Shown here: positions 60,997 to 64,000 of the stretch, piece by piece
Numbering within the stretch: position 1 is the stretch's first letter
Layout of the letters: every line of letters begins with the position of its first letter
Assembly (NCBI GenBank): GCA_976551045.1
Contig: CDPCPM010000128.1
Location: 8,184,001 to 8,248,000, forward strand
Direction: 5' to 3'
Length of the DNA stretch: 64,000 nt
DNA from: Glaucostegus cemiculus
Lineage: Eukaryota
Program-made: the position numbers and the translations under genes
The notes under the pieces: model-generated
The model's input: the letters and a program-made list of their open reading frames with translations, nothing else
Told to the model about the DNA's origin: nothing
Databases searched by the model: none

Positions 60997-61355
60997 GGCA
61001 GTTTGCATGGTGTAGCTAATAGACACTGCTACCACTTGGCTCTGGTAATCCAGGTTCAATCCTGACCACTGGTGCCATCTCTGTGGAATAGGTGAGTCAT
61101 AAGAGTTGTACAACATGGAAACAAGCCCTTTGGCCTATCAAGTTTGTACTGACCATCAAGTACCATTTTACACTATTTATTCTCCACATGTTCCTATCAA
61201 CACCCCTCCCATGAGTCTACCATTCACCTGGTAATGATAGAATAAGAACAGACCAAAATGGGATAAATGTAAGATTAGTGTATTTGGCTGCTTGATGGTT
61301 GGCATGGATTCAAAGGGCTGAAGGGCCTGTTTCCATGCTGTATGGTTTTATGCTC
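60997..61355. mobile_element. V-SINE head plus two oppositely oriented SINE/CR1 tails
   Basis: Head ggttcaatcctgacc at ~61053; antisense tail ~61096-61230; sense tail ~61235-61355. Confidence 0.7.
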
Positions 61356-64000
61356 TGGAACAAATACCTGGGTAGAGACATCCCCACCACTCTTCCTCTT
61401 CCTTGTGTATCCTACTGCAGAGGATTCAAGGTACACTTTCCACACTGGGTTCAGAAGTCCTCTTCCAGTTAGACGGCTGGGGAACATTCTGGCTGTAGTT
61501 CAACGTGCCTTCAACTGTTTCCTCATGATTTCCGGGGAGCCTGGAGGATTCGCCATTTGTGGCAGATCTTTTAGCTCTATCACTTCCCCACTCTAACCTC
61601 GTGTCCCTTGGTTCCTAGGCCAGGCGCGCAGTGCAAGCCCCACCCATGCGATCCTGCTGTTTTGTAACTGCAGCTCGTGCAACCGGCAAAGTCCCGAGTT
61701 GGCAGATTACTTCAGCCCACAGCTGTTTGTGGAGGGTGAGCTGCTCACTTCTATCAGATGGGTTGTGAGCATCAAAAGGGTTTTCCCTTCTTTCTCTACA
61801 ATCACCACCACCACCCAATACCCTCCCACCACCAGTTTGAATAGTTGGGTATCCATTTTTAGTGGCAAATTGGTCATATTCCTGCCTTGTGATTCTCCCC
61901 ATACTGATTCACACATTGTATCTAATGTACTGACGGGTGCAGTGCCAGTGACTATGGCTTCGAGGTCTTGCAGCTTGTCTGTATATCTCTCCTTTCCCTT
62001 CCCACGCATTATGGGATGAGGCTGCAACATTCCCCTCTTAAACCAGAAACTTTCTTCCAATGGGTCCAAGTGCCATTGGTTGCCATGGTGATGGCCAGAT
62101 GTTTTGGGTTGCAGTTTGAATGTGGCATTGTGTGTTTTGAGGCATGGTCAGTACCTTGGAGTTGAGTGCCCACCTTTTGAGAGGTCCAGAACACTAAAGT
62201 ATTCTGTGAAGCCACCTCAATCATGTCCAACCTAATGTTCGATGCCTTATTTGAGAGCTTAAGAAATGATCACAGTGCAGCTGCAGTTATGCTATTAAGC
62301 ATGTTGAATGGTTTTGTGAATGTACAATACATGCATTTGACATGCCTGGATACAGATGATGCACATGTACATTACTGACCAATCTGGACTTCCTCATGTT
62401 AACCATTAGTTCCTGTTCAAACACAGATGCATCCTATATTACCTTCAGTTAATTCATATCAGACCTAGAGAGAGTTGTTTTGCAGGCAGAAGCCAGGCTG
62501 ACACTTTAACACTGTGGCATATATTTTGGTCTTCCACAGTTTGTTCATCTGTCTGGTATTTTCATGCAATTCCATAGGCCCTGAGAGACCGAATAATACT
62601 TGATTTAAGAGCAAAGTAATCGCAACTTGACTCTTTCTTGTCTTTTAAACCCAGCAGAGAAGAACAGGGTCTGAAATTAAATGACCCTTCCTTCATTATG
62701 TGTGCATCAATAAAACTCTCCCCTTCATACACAACCAGTCTCCCTTGTGGATGGTATAAAGATGGTTAAAGCCATGGAAGAAGCATTCATATTATAGCCA
62801 TGTTAAGTTGCTGGTTAGCTTGTTAATCTCCCCACCACTTCACATCTTCTCCTAATTCCTTCTCCTTCTGTTCCTTTTTAAGAACTTACTTCAGTCAGCT
62901 CCTTCGACTGAGCCCAGTTCTAATATGTGTCAAATATTAGCTAATTATACTGATGTGTTGCACTATGTTAAATACACTCCTGTCACTGAGTCTTTAGCAC
63001 TTTCCACCTGGAGAATTTTAACTTCACTGAGGCTTGTGTTGAGCATGCAGCCAATGGAGGTGCAGAGCTAATCGGAGAATTGCTAGCGCCTTGTGGTGCA
63101 GGTCTTCATCATGATAGGGAATGTAAAGATTGAGGTGGAAAACAGTGAACAAATTAGAGTTGGGGAGGAAAGAAATTAGTTATAATGGTAAAATGGAGTT
63201 CAGACAGATGCTGTTGAAGCTACTAAATGCATTTCCAGGCTGGGTAGATTTATAGCTAAAAGGGCCATCTTGACATGCTGCTCAATTTGACAGTTTATTC
63301 AACAGTAAATTTAACTCTTAGACAATGCTGCCATTCGGAGTTCACAAAGGCATGTTGCAGCAGACTGACAAGAAGCTCAAAAAGGCCTGTCAGACAGCTC
63401 TGGAACAGGTAATGCATTGCACAGGTCCTGGGAGTTGGCTCCAAGTAGTCCACAATGCCACAGGTGGGGCAGTTAAGTCACATTGCAGGGAATTTAAGTC
63501 GCAGTAGCAGCTCTTGGCATTTGCCTGGATATGCTCTTAAAATAACTTGGGTTGAGAGTCCCTAGGTCAGAATATATGTTAAATTATTCACAATTTTTTA
63601 ATTCTTGGGCTTTCTGTATTAACATGGGCTTCCTCTCTTCAGGCTCCAAGAATTTTGAGTGTACTTTTAAAAATCAGATTTTGATCCCATCTCTAAGTAA
63701 GTAAAAATGGTAGATCTGTTTAGCTCATCTATCCTTGGAAAATAGTGTGAAGAGGGAGGTCTAACAGACTAGCCAACAGTCTGATGGCCTACAATGTGAA
63801 TCTTCTTTCTAAGGAAACTTGCCAGCCAACCAGGAGTCAGTTTTACATGTCAGGAGGCCTTTATGTACTTGTGCATGTAGGTATAAAGTAGGACTGTGGG
63901 ATTGTCATTCACATTGACAGAGATTGGCACTCACATCCGGTAACTGGAGCTGCAACCACCCGGTCATCAGGGATGCTGATTGGGTTACCCATTGACTTGT

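Noticed and set aside
61600-62240. Overlapping 95-120 aa ORFs
   Set aside because: Probably a very old LINE endonuclease remnant (ESQGRN..TNLP); too decayed to call and not a credible gene.
57929-64000. ARID5B large terminal exon
   Set aside because: No long ORF or similarity to the ARID5B C-terminus; it should lie beyond the window.

Overview
Vertebrate genomic DNA, AT-rich and CpG-depleted. The repeat landscape (HE1-type V-SINEs, Deu-domain SINEs, CR1/L2/Rex/RTE LINE fragments, Penelope-like elements) points to a cartilaginous fish, probably a batoid (inference). The whole window lies inside one + strand gene, ARID5B. Five internal coding exons (33725-33843, 35287-35491, 42371-42423, 46500-46597, 57730-57928), equivalent to human exons 5-9, splice with canonical AG/GT sites and matching phases into one open frame covering the GRPRK AT-hook-like motif and the ARID domain. 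Upstream BAH-domain exons and the large last exon are not visible here. Main observations: (1) a candidate internal promoter/first exon ending ATGG|gtaaca at 30946 that would give the short isoform MALNLKGRPRKKK, with stacked uORFs; (2) at least seven Penelope-derived insertions, six carrying a recognisable minimal type-I hammerhead ribozyme motif, several with recurrent non-canonical cores; (3) Asn at the position of the regulatory lysine K336 of human ARID5B; (4) a candidate poison exon; (5) a V-SINE with a swapped LINE tail; (6) three decayed minisatellites that array TF motifs. No prokaryotic features, CRISPR arrays or true tRNA/rRNA genes were seen. Repeat boundaries are approximate and family names come from recognition by eye, not database searches.
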